From: Octopus vulgaris
Taxonomy: Eukaryota
Length of the DNA: 64,000 nt
Assembly (NCBI GenBank): GCA_951406725.2
Contig: OX597818.1
Coordinates: 25,420,001-25,484,000 of the forward strand
Reading direction: 5' to 3'
Both the position numbers and the translations under genes were made by a program. The notes under the pieces are model-generated. The model made no database searches. It was not told the DNA's origin and saw only the letters and a list, made by a program, of their open reading frames with translations. This document shows positions 14,467 through 27,401 of this stretch, one piece after another; the first letter of the stretch is position 1; the number at the start of each line of letters is the position of its first letter.

Positions 14467-14933
14467 GTATGTTTCATACAAATCTTTTTTTTCTTGTAAA
14501 ATATTTTTAAGGGCATTTAGTTACTTAAAATATTTATTTCTTAAAATACATGGTATGTGATTTATTTATTAAAAAAAAAACAAAAATTAATTTCTCTTTT
14601 ATTCATTGATTTCTAGCACAGATTTCTTTGATTTGACACTCATTGTTCTGACTCAGTCAGTCAGTGATAGAATGTTACTCTTGAATTCTTAATCATTATC
14701 TAGAGAGTAATCAGAACTTTTGATATAGACATCATAATTCAAATAACCAGAGAAATAGACTGGCTATAGGAAGTGTGAATGAAAAGAATATTATTAAAAG
14801 AATTGGTGTTAAAAATTGTTTGTGGTGATCTATGTGCTTGGACAATGATGATGGCAAGTCTTTTTGTGCTTTAAATAAGTTTTATTACTTCATCTTTCTT
14901 ATATTTGTCACTTTTTCTCTCTCTTTCTTTCAG

Positions 14934-15162
14934 CATCATTTGGTAAGCGAGGTTGGAAGATGTTTTATGCTTCATTAAGAGATATGATCCTTTATCTTCA
15001 CAAAGATGAGCATGGGTTCAAGAAAGGTAACTTAATTGAGAACTCTAGTAATGCCATCCGTATTCATCATTCCATTGCCACTCGAGCATCGGATTACACA
15101 AAAAAACAGCATGTATTTCGTTTGCACACATCAGATTGGGCTGAATATCTTTTCCAAACAAG
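14934..15162 (+). CDS. PSD: PSD/EFA6 exon (PH domain core)
   Basis: Long pyrimidine tract + cag; (T)SFGKRGWKMFYASLRDMILYLHKDE...IRIHHSIATRASDYTKKQHVFRLHTSDWAEYLFQT; donor gtatga. Confidence 0.95.
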
Positions 15163-15453
15163 GTATGATTTTCCCATTTTTGTTTATCTTCCTTTAATCC
15201 AGTAAACCATATTTAGAAAAAATAAAAATTTAATTAAAAAAACTTGGTAATTTTTATTAATTTATGTCAAAATTTATTTTCTGTTTATTTGAGAATATTC
15301 TGAAAAACATTTATTACAAATAGTCTGTAGCATCTGTTCTAAATGACACATTGGCAAAAGCCTATTTGGAAGTCATTTAACAAAGATTAAATTAAATCAG
15401 TTTCTCTACAAATATTTACTTTTCCTATCTTTTTGAATTCTCCATTCTTACAG

Positions 15454-15598
15454 TGACAGTAAAGAGCTCCAAGAGTGGATGGAAACTATTAATTATGTTG
15501 CAGCTAGTCTATCTGCCCCACCATTGCCTGGAGGGATAGGTTCTAAGAAGAAATTTCAGCGACCCCTTATGCCTTCTTCTTATACTAAGAAAAATCTG
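15454..15598 (+). CDS. PSD: PSD/EFA6 exon (PH end, proline-rich segment)
   Basis: tacag/ ... /gtatgt; (S)DSKELQEWMETINYVAASLSAPPLPGGIGSKKKFQRPLMPSSYTKKNL. Confidence 0.95.
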
Positions 15599-16042
15599 GT
15601 ATGTACATTTTTTTAATGATTACAAATTTAAATTGTAATCCAATGGGAGAGTTAGTAACTTCTAATTGTACTTTTAAGGTGTTTTAAAACATTTAAGCTT
15701 GTTGCTTTAGATGAAAAATTTGAAATTACTTTGGATTAATATTTTGTCCAAAATAATGATTTTATGTGCAATATTTTTCTTCTCCATCAGTCATGCCAAA
15801 GAAGGGAGAATTTAATTTCAAATTAAATATTTTAGTAGTATTAAACTTCCTAATTAACCTCAGAACAAATGTAAAGGAAATGAAGAATAAATAAACATTT
15901 TGAATAAAAACTTGATAATTTTTGGCTGAGAACTAGTGAATTACCTGTTTTATTTCATGTATGTATGATGCATTTTTTCTTATACCCAGCTTAAAAGCTA
16001 ATTTCTGTAATCGAGATTTTATTATTTTTAATTCCTTTTCAG

Positions 16043-16186
16043 AGTGAGCAATTAGCTCATCATCAAGAAAAAGTAACTCACCTAGAGAAAGAGTTACACG
16101 AACACAGGTTGTGTCCACCAGAAAAAGGCGCTAAAGCGCGTATAATCCATGATTATGTTGAAAAAGAGCAATTTTTAGAATCTGAG
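16043..16186 (+). CDS. PSD: PSD/EFA6 exon (coiled coil)
   Basis: ttttcag/ ... /gtaaat; SEQLAHHQEKVTHLEKELHEHRLCPPEKGAKARIIHDYVEKEQFLESE; 144 nt, phase 0/0. Confidence 0.92.
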
Positions 16187-17676
16187 GTAAATTATCTTTT
16201 GTTACTTTTAAATCAAGCCTGTTACTGATTACAGTTAAGTTGACTCTATTTACTACGTTCCTTTCATTATTCTTTTGCATCTAACATTTGGGTGTGTTTC
16301 ATTTAATTTGCATAAGAAATTGGTAGCGCTCTGATTTCAAAGTGTTTAAGGTATAAAACATGTAAGCATATTTTGAATATCAAAATTTTCAAAACCAATC
16401 AAACAGAATAATATAGGATATCAAGAATATAGAGAAAAGGTATCTTCATTGTTACTATATAATAACATATCTGATTGTCTTTATAGATATAAATTGTAAG
16501 GTCCAGTGTTTGGTACCCAGAGGTTTCTATTTTATTCAGTAGTCATTATATTGAACAACAAAGCTATCAAAATAATGTATTTTGTCTAAAAAGTGTACTT
16601 TATCAAAACAGAATATATATGCAAATCAAGTTTTCATGCAAAACTTGATCCATTTTTAGGCAACCTTACTTTAATCTATCCTTTAATCACTATTGCTCTT
16701 TTATCAAACACTTATTTCATGGCTGTGTGGTAAATAGCTTGGACAAGTGTCTTCTGCTATAGCCTTGGGCTGACCAAAGCCTTGTGAGTGAATTTGGTAG
16801 ACAGAAACTGAAAGAAGCCCATCATTTGTGTGTGTGTTTGTCTCCCCCACCATCGCTTGACAATCAATGTTGATGTGTCTACGTCACCGTAACTTAGCGG
16901 TTTGGCAAAAGGGACTGATAGAATAAGTACTAGGCTTACAAAGAATAAGACCTGGGATCAATTTGTTCAACTAAATTTTGTAAGGGAAAGATAACTGACT
17001 GATCATTCTCATTGCATTTACCCATACACATTTTATTAACCACATTAGGAGTAGAAAGTAAATTTCATACAGATGGGATTTGAATTCTGCCAAACTGAAC
17101 ATTTTAAATTATTCTGACAACTCTCACCTAAGTTATAACAAAGGGTGGTAGTGCAGATAGCAGAATTGGTAGGGCATTGCACAGGTTACCCTGTGGTATT
17201 TCATTACATCGCTTTACAACTTGTTCAAATCAAACACAGGCCTACTTTGCTTTTAATCTTCCCAAAGTTTATGAATAATTTGATGTAATTGTCTATTCTC
17301 TTTAAGATAGTGCCACAACTTGGCCACATTTTAATGACTGAAACCAATTAAAGTGACTGTTGGAAATATGAAGATTTCAAATCATAACAATGATTTGGTG
17401 AAAATGCTCGAAAAATTCATGTATTTTTGAATGAATCATTTATGCTACTCCTATTGCTGATTTTTTATGTCAGATGTTTTATATGCTTATTTTTCTAATT
17501 CTATGGATTGAATTGATTCAAAAAGGGATTTTCAAATGATTTGTATGCAATAATAAACACTAGTCATGTGAATTTGAATTCTCTAGATTCCAATATATAT
17601 TCTTTAACATGCATTTTTTTTTTAAAGTTTTTTCATTATTTCTAATCTCTTTGTTTTACTTATTTTTGCTTTTCAG

Positions 17677-17958
17677 TTAAAACGATTCCAAACCTACAAA
17701 TACCTTTTACAGTCAAAATTGAGTTCTTACAAAACAGAAGTTGAATCCTCATTAGTTGAAACTATTATTGGAGAAGATGATGAGACTGCAGATGATTGTG
17801 GAGATCGTTGTAGCCCTTCAAATACAACAATGTCGGTTGTCAGTGGAGCAAGCAGCAGCAACAAGAACATGAAACCAGTGCAGCGCAGTCTGTCTGATAG
17901 GTACAGTTACCGTGCTGCCATCTATCGTTCAGAGCATTTGGATTATGACCTTGTATGA
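17677..17958 (+). CDS. PSD: PSD/EFA6 last coding exon
   Basis: ttttcag acceptor; LKRFQTYKYLLQSKLSSYK...DRYSYRAAIYRSEHLDYDLV-TGA continues the coiled coil in frame. Confidence 0.9.
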   Translation, partial: LKRFQTYKYLLQSKLSSYKTEVESSLVETIIGEDDETADDCGDRCSPSNTTMSVVSGASSSNKNMKPVQRSLSDRYSYRAAIYRSEHLDYDLV

Positions 17959-18707
17959 CCCAGGTGTTAGCTTGTCTTCTGATGGAGGGTGCTAAGCTAA
18001 AGGGGCAGGAAGGGGGAATGCACTTCATTAGCCACTTGATGGGTGTGGTAAGCCACTAGAGATGTATAGTAAAGATGTAATGGAATTCTCAGCCAACTTT
18101 GATAACATTTTTTAAAAAATTTATACTTTTCAGTCATCCCTTGCTTCCTTTCTCCATTGTTTCCTTTGGTTTGCTTCTTGGTGAGGGTGCTTTGCTCTTA
18201 ATTCTGGCTTAGTAACTTACTTCTAAACTCTGGATTAGTAACAACTTAAATAATTCATTACTTTTAGAATACATTCATGTTCCAATTCATTAAACATTTT
18301 AATCTATTTTTTGTGTATGTGCATGCATGCATGCACATGCACACCAGCATTTACATGTATGTAAGATAAGAGGATTACATAATTAAAAGAAAATTTTATT
18401 TGTAAGAATTTTATAATAGATTTTAAACAGAATGAGGTTTGATTAAATTTAATTGTCGAACTTTTAAATTGAATACTATTTGTTCTTCAACCTGGTTGTT
18501 ATGACAGTAGTTGTACCAATTATAATAACTGAACTAAATTATGGATTATTGGACAATATTCACTAGTGTATTTAGAAAATATTTCTACTATTCTTAACAG
18601 TCCCACCTAGCATGTGCTATTGAGAATCTCATGATTAACATTTGATGTTTATTGGATGGAAATAGTAAAATATCTTTTGGAATATATCTATCTATCTATC
18701 TACATAC

Positions 18708-18752
<45 letters not shown>

Positions 18753-19369
18753 TATGTATGTATATATATCTTTTCATTTAAAGAATCTTTATTGGCCAGC
18801 TTACTTGCTCCCTCTTAAGACTAGTCATGTGGAACTTAGTCTGGACAAAGTTATGAATGATGGACAGATTTATTCAATTCACATTTGGCTAGTTTTATCA
18901 TTTAGATTATATCATAAGTGGAAGAACTGGAGGCCAGGCCATTGTTGTCTCTTGCTGTTGAAGTGTAGGCTCAAATGAAATTGATGAGCCTAAAAAATTT
19001 TAGTATTTCCTTACCTTTCAAATATGTACATTCATCAGTGCCTTCGGTTCTCATAGTACTCTGGCCCTTTCATATGCGATCTTATTTTTATTTTTATTCA
19101 GCAGGATTATTTTACATTCTGCTGCTATCTTGGAAAGTTGTGCCAAATATTTCCTTCTGCTATAATGTAAAATATAACACCCTATATTTCCCCACTCATC
19201 TAACAGGGTTTTGGTGATCATGATTCAATTTCAGATGTAAGTGCTGCTGTGCTGATTGTATTTTTTTTTCTCTCTTGCAGTACCTGCAATTGAGCCAGAT
19301 TTTTATTTAGTATTTTTGAGAAGTAATTTTGAAGGGTAACATTTTTGTCACACTTCATCTGTGCAAAAT

Positions 19370-19517
19370 GATATATATATGTATGTTTGTGTGTGTATAT
19401 ACATATATATAGATATGTGTGTGTGTGTGCGCATGTGTGTATAGATATGTATGTGTGTATATATATCTATATATGTGTGTGTGTGTGTGTATATATATAT
19501 CTATATATATATATATA

Positions 19518-19568
<51 letters not shown>

Positions 19569-19613
19569 TTATATATCTATGTGTGTGTGTGTGTGTGTAT
19601 ATATATATAGATA

Positions 19614-19655
<42 letters not shown>

Positions 19656-19705
19656 TGTGTATCTGTATATATATATATACACACACACACACACATATAT
19701 GTATG

Positions 19706-19741
<36 letters not shown>
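19370..19741. repeat. (TA)/(TG)/(CA) compound microsatellite
   Basis: Direct reading. Confidence 0.95.
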
Positions 19742-19743
<2 letters not shown>

Positions 19744-22700
19744 GATAAATACACATTGAGAATTGAATTGTGCTCAAACTATTTTGTAAATGATTGATGC
19801 GTAAATACATTTAACTATCTTCTTGTAATCTTGCTCTGCTCTTCAGTTGTTTGCATTTGGAGTCATTATAAATTAAATTATTGTGACTTTAGTAATTGTC
19901 TTAGCTACTTTTTATAAATGGATATTATGTTAATATTTTGTGTTTACTTTCAGTTCTTCAAATAATATATTCAGATTGTATAATTTAGATAACATTATAA
20001 TTGCTATATTTGAAATATGGCAGATATTTCTGAATGTAAAAACATTGCCTCAATTTTTATGAGGCCTTATAAATGCATTTTTACTGTGACATTTTCCTCA
20101 TGGGTTTTGCTTATTTATCATTCCATTATAATTTTAATTTTTATCAGCTGTTAATCATTTCAGAAGTTCTGTTGGCTGAGTGATTCTCTGCAGCCCCTTT
20201 TCTATAAACTCTTTAACCAATGTTTTACAAGACAGGAGTATTTTTCAAACTCCAGTGGCTCTCTGTACTGAAACTGTTAGCTAATGCAATGCATTTTCTC
20301 TTCAATCGCTTCTGATGATTATACACTACTGGAACAAATCTATGGTGGAAATTTAGCTAATGTTTTTAATGATATCTTGCTGTTGCCGCTATTACTATCA
20401 ACATTACAATCTGATGTCCTCTGAGCTTCCATACTTCAAATATCTTTTACTTAAAAAGAAAGGTTGAGGTGAAGAGAAGAAACTTTTCCCTCTTGAATTC
20501 TCAGTTCATTGACATCTTTTCCCTTTCTTTGAATTACTGTTTGGTGTTTTACCTGAGACAGTTAATACTTGTTTGGGTGAAAGCTGTATTGAGCAGTTAT
20601 TGTGATAAGTACATTTTAAGACTTAAAATTTTTTTTTTTTTTTCAGTTGTAGAGAATTTTAAATTTTGTATTACTTTTGTAGTAATAGATATTATACAAA
20701 TTTTTAATCTGTGCTAGAATAATTATAATCCATTTTGTGTAATTGAATCAGAACTTTTATTTAAATTTTAGCAGAAAAGTTATCTATTTTATTAAACAGA
20801 TATTAGTTATTGTTATTAATCCAAACTATTAAAATTGCAAACATTATTTAAAAATATAAAAAGTTCAGAACTTCAAAGTGATATTTCATACCTAGGATTT
20901 GCATCATTTCTAATGAAGCCTGTTATTAACTTCTGGCTTTTCAACATGCTGTTGTTTAAACAGTTATCAACTACATGAAAAATAATTACTAGAGTTTGAG
21001 AAGACAAGAAGTGGCCTGTATTGGCAAAAATGAATTCAGAAAAGTTATATAAAGTTGGGTGTGTTGGTGTGTTGTGGGAAGAAGGAAATCTGGTAATTTG
21101 GGCATAGCCCTTCACTGGTGAAAGAATAATAGATTTTTATATAACGGTACAAGACTGTGTTTCATTCACACTCTTCCCTCATGTACACACACGCACATGC
21201 AAAACTGTTTGGAAATCATCAAACTGAACTAGGAATTTGTTTTATAAATTTGTGATATTCCTATAGTTATGCCCAGTTGTTTCCAGTAGCATATACCAAT
21301 GCTCCACTAAATATCTCCCTCTAATAGCTGATTTTATCATGCAGCATAGAGGACAATCATCATTTTCTTAGAGAAAAAATACTGTATGTAGGCAATGAAC
21401 AAATAAAACATACTTCTTGAATTTAAAAAGTTTATTATGCCTAATTATATATATATATATATAAACAAATTTTTTGGGGGATGGTTTAACATGTTGTGAA
21501 ATAAGGCCTGATTTTTACAGAAGAGAAAAAGGTTGAATCTTTTAACTCTGGGCTCCAAACGTTCAGTGTTGTTTAGCAACACAAAAATTCAGGCTGCAAT
21601 AACTATTTTTTATGCTACTGAGGAAAGTAAACTATGATTAGATGGCCCCCTTTCAATAAATGAAAATTCACTTTTTTATTTTATTTTATTTTATTTTATT
21701 TTTTAGAATTTAATGTGTGTTAGTTTTAAGAGTAAATCTTACTAATGCTCAATTATAAATTTATCATAGACATTTGTTGTTCATGTTAGTAATTTTGAGA
21801 TTTCTCCTTACAACTGATTTGCACAGATTCTGTGCTTTATATAAATCGAAAATTAAAATTAATAGTTATCAGGAGGAGGATCAAATGGTTTGATAGCATC
21901 AACTGTAACAAAGTTAGTCACTTTAATTTTAGAACTGGCTACATCAACTCTTTGGTCATTGATGAGTTTCACAAGTCATTAGATATCCGTTTATTTGTTG
22001 ATGTTAATGGGCAAGTTTGTATTTTGGCTGTCAAAATAACACATTGCTTTCACTTTCTGACAAAGCAATCTTTTTCTTTGTACCTAAATGTTTGTACAGT
22101 TACCATCTCAACTGTCACAACAAAGAAACAAAATATGTTAATTCACATCAAACACACACACACACACATACAAACTCCCTCTCTTGCACACCTGCTCACT
22201 AAATCATCTGCATGCATTTACACTTAAACTATCAAATTTGTGTGTTAGTGTGTGTGGGACAAAGAGAGAAAAATATTTGTTTTAAAGTCTCTTGAAATAG
22301 AAGAAAAATATCAGAAGCCAAACTTGCCTGTCCACGTGTCAAACTTAGTTCACAGCTTCAGAATGTTCATTTAGTTTTAATAAGCATTTTTATGGAGAGG
22401 GCTTTTTTTTTTTTTTAAATTTATTTATCTCTATTTATTTATTTTCCTTTCACTTAATACCATATATTTCTGTTTGGAAATAATATTTTAGAGGCTCGTC
22501 TTACATTTGTCTTGTTTTCACTAAATGACTATAGACATTCTTACAAACACCTATTTTTGCATATCAAGCTAAATTTCCCATAAAATTAAATGCAATTATT
22601 TCAGAGATAATAGCCACCTTTTGTGTGTGTATGTGTGTCTGTATGTATATATATATATATATATATATATACATACACACGTGTGTATGTATGTGTATAT

Positions 22701-23129
22701 ATGCATATGTGTGTGTGAATATATATGTTTGTGTGTGTATAAGAAATATACAAACATATACAGCACACACTATTAATATCATTAGGATATTTTTTAATAT
22801 CTAGAGAGAAATTATATCCTGTTTGATTCATGAACATTTCAGATAGCAAAATGAAGAAAAAGGAAACATAAATAAGAGAAGGTAGGATGGAGAGAGGGAA
22901 TGCAGCTTTACAAATACCTTTTCCTCCTTTCATTTGTTCTTTAGATTCATTCTCAGTTTCTATTGGTATGAATTGTTGATGTCTTTTTCACTATCATCAC
23001 CTTCCATATCCATTGTTGTTGGTCCAGACTAGAATATTTCATTATTTTCATAGTTACTGTCTTAGCTCTTCAGCAAACATATAGTGATCAATTTAATCAT
23101 TGAATTATTTTACCTTCTATCTTCTACTT

Positions 23130-23510
23130 GTTTAAGTCATTGGGCTGTGGCCATGCTGGGGCACCACCATAAAGGGTTTAGTCGAACAAATCGACCCTAA
23201 TATTTGTTTTTTATTTGGGGGGTGGGGGGTAAAAGAAACTGGCAGTTATTTTATTGGTCTCCTTTTGCCAAACTGCTAAGTTATGTGGGATGTAAATAAA
23301 TTGACACCAGTTGTCAAGCAGTGGTGGGAAACAAACACACACACATATATGCAACAGGCTTTCAGTTTCTGTCTATCAAATCCACTCACAAGGCTTTAGT
23401 CAACCCAGACCTATAGAAGACAACACTTGCCTATGGAGCCATGCAGTGAGTCTGAACCTGCAACCTGTGGTTGGGAAGCTATCTTCTTACCTCACAGCCA
23501 TTCCTGCACC
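23130..23510 (-). mobile_element. SINE family C; copies ~1650-2075(+), ~16719-16975(+), ~40585-40885(+), ~41725-41860(-)
   Basis: Shared GGCTGTG.GGTAAGAAG..CAAGTGTCTTCT..TTGTGAGTGGATTTGGTAGACAGAAACTGAAAG motif. Confidence 0.75.
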
Positions 23511-26500
23511 GATTGACGAATTTTTATTATAACAAAGTCATTTAGCCCTCATCCTTCTATTAGTATTTTTATGGTAATAATATCCTGTTTGACATTCTTC
23601 CTATGGCTTAAATTATAATCATATGTAAGATACTAAACAGATTAGGGTTTTTCATCCAGAGAGTAAATAAATTTATGAAAAATAGGATAATTTTTTTTTA
23701 AATGTTCAGAATATCAGCTTTCAATCACAGAACTAGAATATAGCTTTTAATACTTTGTCATCTAGCTCTTTTATTTGCTCATAAACTTTGAAGACAGTGA
23801 GGTTGGTATCATGAACATTCCAAAATTAACTCTATATGAATTCTAAGTTATTTTATATAAATAACCAGAGCTATTCACACAATCGTTGCTACCACCCTCA
23901 TCATCATTATCATCATCATCATCATCATCGATTGGCATATATGTATGTATGCATGCAAGTACATATGTACACACACAAATATAATAATAATAATAATAAT
24001 AATATAAATTTCTCTTAGTCCCCTCCCCCCCATCTCTTCTGGTTATATTTTCTTTATTTTTGAAAATTTTCTTTTTGTTTATTTATTTTGTATTTCTTTA
24101 GTTTTGCTAACCCTCAAACACCTTATTAGTTCTCTTTCTGTCCTTGCAATTTGGCTGCTGATTACTCTTAGTAATTTTGAAAACCTAGCAAGAACAGTGC
24201 CTCCTGTTCTGTACCCTCATTCATCCCCACCTCTCCTTCTCTCCCTCTCATAACCATAATTACAACCACCACTTAACTCTCCTTGTTTAATGTGGTGATC
24301 CTACAAAATTGTATTGTTTTATTAGTTGTATAAATTCTTTCTTTTACCAATAAACTTCATTTTAAGTTATTACTGCTTTGCTTGCTTTTGTCTAACTTTT
24401 AATCAAATTAACCTGCTGGCTTAGAAGAGCCTTCTGGTATTTTATTAACCTTGACTTTTAAACCCAGTCACTTGATTTTTTATTTATTTATTTATTTAAG
24501 ACTAAACAATATTGATATTAGAAAGGAATATATTCAATGACAGTAACCATTCTTTCCTGCTTTACCTATTTTATTTAAATATACAACTTATCCTATCCGC
24601 AAACTATTCTACCATCGTCTTTTATCACATAAAAGTTACTGATTAGTATTATTCATAAGAAATCAATATTATATAGTAATATACTGTTGATCTCTTAATA
24701 ATTCACAGCAAATTTTTCTTAGCACTATCACACAAAAATGTCTTTCATACGACTAAGCTGTTATTTGCAGATATTCAGTTTCAAAGAGCTATTCTAATAT
24801 TTGTTACTAATAAGTGACAGATTGTTCAATGATTTTGACATAAGTTTTCCAATAATTTTTATAACACAAGTAAGATTTCTATTTTTAAAAATACTTTCTC
24901 ATGTTAAATTTAGTTTTTATTTTCTTTTTCTTTTTACTCTGAAGTAAATAGCATTACTGAAAACTTTATCGTAATGTATCCATGCCCCATTCTACTGATG
25001 AAAAATCAAGGATGTTTTTGAAATGAAAATTGATGTTCACTATGTAGAGAATCTTATGATTTTTCCCTTATGGATATAATCATTTTTCATTTCTAAAAAA
25101 TCCTACTTTGATAAAACACACATTAAAGAAAAAAATAAAGATTGACAACAGGAAGATCATCCAACTGTAAAATCCAGTCCTTCTTTGCATGGAAAACCTT
25201 ACATTAAATGAATGACTGGACAAAGGCTTACACATACTGAAGTACAATATATTTTTATCTAGTGTTAATATCACTCAGATTAAATAGTTTTAGAATATAA
25301 GCATATATTTTAGCTGCACCATTTACAAGATACTCTTTTCAAGAGTTTTTTCAAAACAGGTGCAGAACACAGAATTTATGTCTTTAATGATTAGTTTGTC
25401 ATTAGATGCACTTAAACAATTTTCAAAAATATACCAATAGTCTTTGTTGTTGTTGTCTTAGTTTCTCTAGTTGAACACATGGAAAATACTAACAGTGATG
25501 TTGGGTTTTACTTATTTAGCTTTTAATTTTAGTTTGATATTTCTCTTATTGCACTTTTTAACATGCACTGATTACTCCTGTTCCTTGAATTAAACAATAG
25601 AATAGTTGTTTTTTTTATTTGATCATTGCATTAAAGATCTTTCTCCCTTATTTAATCACGACAACATTACATATATTAATATATATATATATATGTGTAT
25701 ATGTATATATATATGTGTATATGTATATATAATGTGTATACTCACACAAATTTCCCTTACTTTGTTTATTCTCATCTTTGACACCTAGATTTTTAAAAAA
25801 TTCCTTGATTTGATAAAACATTCTCTTGATAAATGCCTTTTAAATCAAAATACTTATTTTCTTTCAGGAATAATTTTTTTGTCATTTTTTTTTGTTTCAA
25901 ATTTTTAAATCATTATTTACAATGAACATTTGTTATTGAATTTTAAGAATTAGACTGACTTAAACAAATTGTTATTTAATTCATTAGTTGACAACCATTT
26001 TAAAGAAATCTCTTCCACTGTTGCACTTTACACACATCCTTTGTTTAATGACTCAAAAGATCTGAATCACTGTTCTAAAAGTATTTTTGTGTTTCAAAAT
26101 GTATGTAAAATTACAATTCTGTCTACATATATCTCTGTTCAATTGTAGGTTTCTTTTTATTAGCTTCCTCTCATCATTAGGCTTTGTTTAGGTGAGTAAC
26201 CAGTGTGTAAGCTGCTGTGACATCCTAGCTTTCTCATCCTTGTGACTAGTCTATTTTGCACTGTTGCTGCATGCTTCCCCAAAGTTCTTACAGTTAATGT
26301 TTCTCTTGTTTATATGATTATTTCTTTTAGTGGCTGCAGTTGGCCAAGTTCATTTGGTTTAAGTCTAACAGGATTTATTTTTTCCTAATTTAAAACAAAC
26401 AATTACAATTTTTTTGTCTTGTTGAAAGATTGAGTTAATACTTAAAATTGTATACCTTTATTTTTCTTTCTCACTAGTTTATTATTTATCACATTATTAT

Positions 26501-26518
26501 TATTATTATTATTATTAA

Positions 26519-26730
26519 GGCGACAAGCTGGCAGGATTGTTAGCATGCCAAGTGAAATGTTTAGTGGTATTTCGTCTGTCTTCACGGTCTGGGTTCAAAT
26601 TCCACCAAGGTTGACTTTGCCTTTCACCCTTTCAGGGTTGATAAATTAAGTACCAATGAAACACTGAGGTTGATGTAATCAACTTGCCCCCTCTCTCCAA
26701 ATTTCAGGTCTTGTACCTTTAGTAGAAAGG
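26519..26730 (+). mobile_element. tRNA-derived SINE family B; copies ~4800-5005(-), ~17145-17290(+), ~29250-29450(+)
   Basis: AGCTGGCAG..TTAGC head, GGTTCAAATTCC B box, shared body, flanked by (ATT)n. Confidence 0.8.
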
Positions 26731-27090
26731 ATTATTATTATTATTATATGGTGGTAGAATCAGTAGGGCAGTGGCTGAAATGCCTTGCAATGGAAAGTGG
26801 CAGTGAAGATGGCTGAGACAAAACAGTAAAGTAAACCATAATCAGCTTCCACTACAGTAGACAAAGAAATAGGATATGTAGTTAGCATCCAATACAGCAA
26901 TTTGGCTGCCAATCCTAATAGGATTGATTCTATCAACTATAATCATCCCTTCCCCATTCAACATTGCTCTTGTCTTTAGTCATTTACAGAAGATACTTGG
27001 ATTAGTCCTACTAAACATACTCCTCTCCTCTTTTTTAAAGGTCCTTATGTCCAACTGAAAATTATATTTTTTTGATTTTCATAGAATTGA

Positions 27091-27136
<46 letters not shown>

Positions 27137-27160
27137 AAACAAAGTGAAATGTGGATATAA

Positions 27161-27197
<37 letters not shown>

Positions 27198-27401
27198 GAG
27201 AAACAGTTTTGTTTGATTCCCTATATTAACACATCACATTAATATACAGAAACCAACAACCTGTTGCTTGACTTAAATCTTCCTTAAAGCACATCATATG
27301 AAGCAAAGGACATGTTGAATAATTTAATTCTAATTGCTGTACACCTAGAATAACAAGTAAAAAAAAAGTTTTTGTCATGGTTGGAACATCTTTGACATTA
27401 G

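Noticed and set aside
17956-17970. TGA-C readthrough context at the PSD stop
   Set aside because: Next in-frame TAG follows after three codons; no supporting evidence.
19387-19810. Overlapping YIYI/CVCV ORFs (also ~7435-7692, 22564-22933, 53673-53972)
   Set aside because: Translations of stop-free dinucleotide microsatellites.
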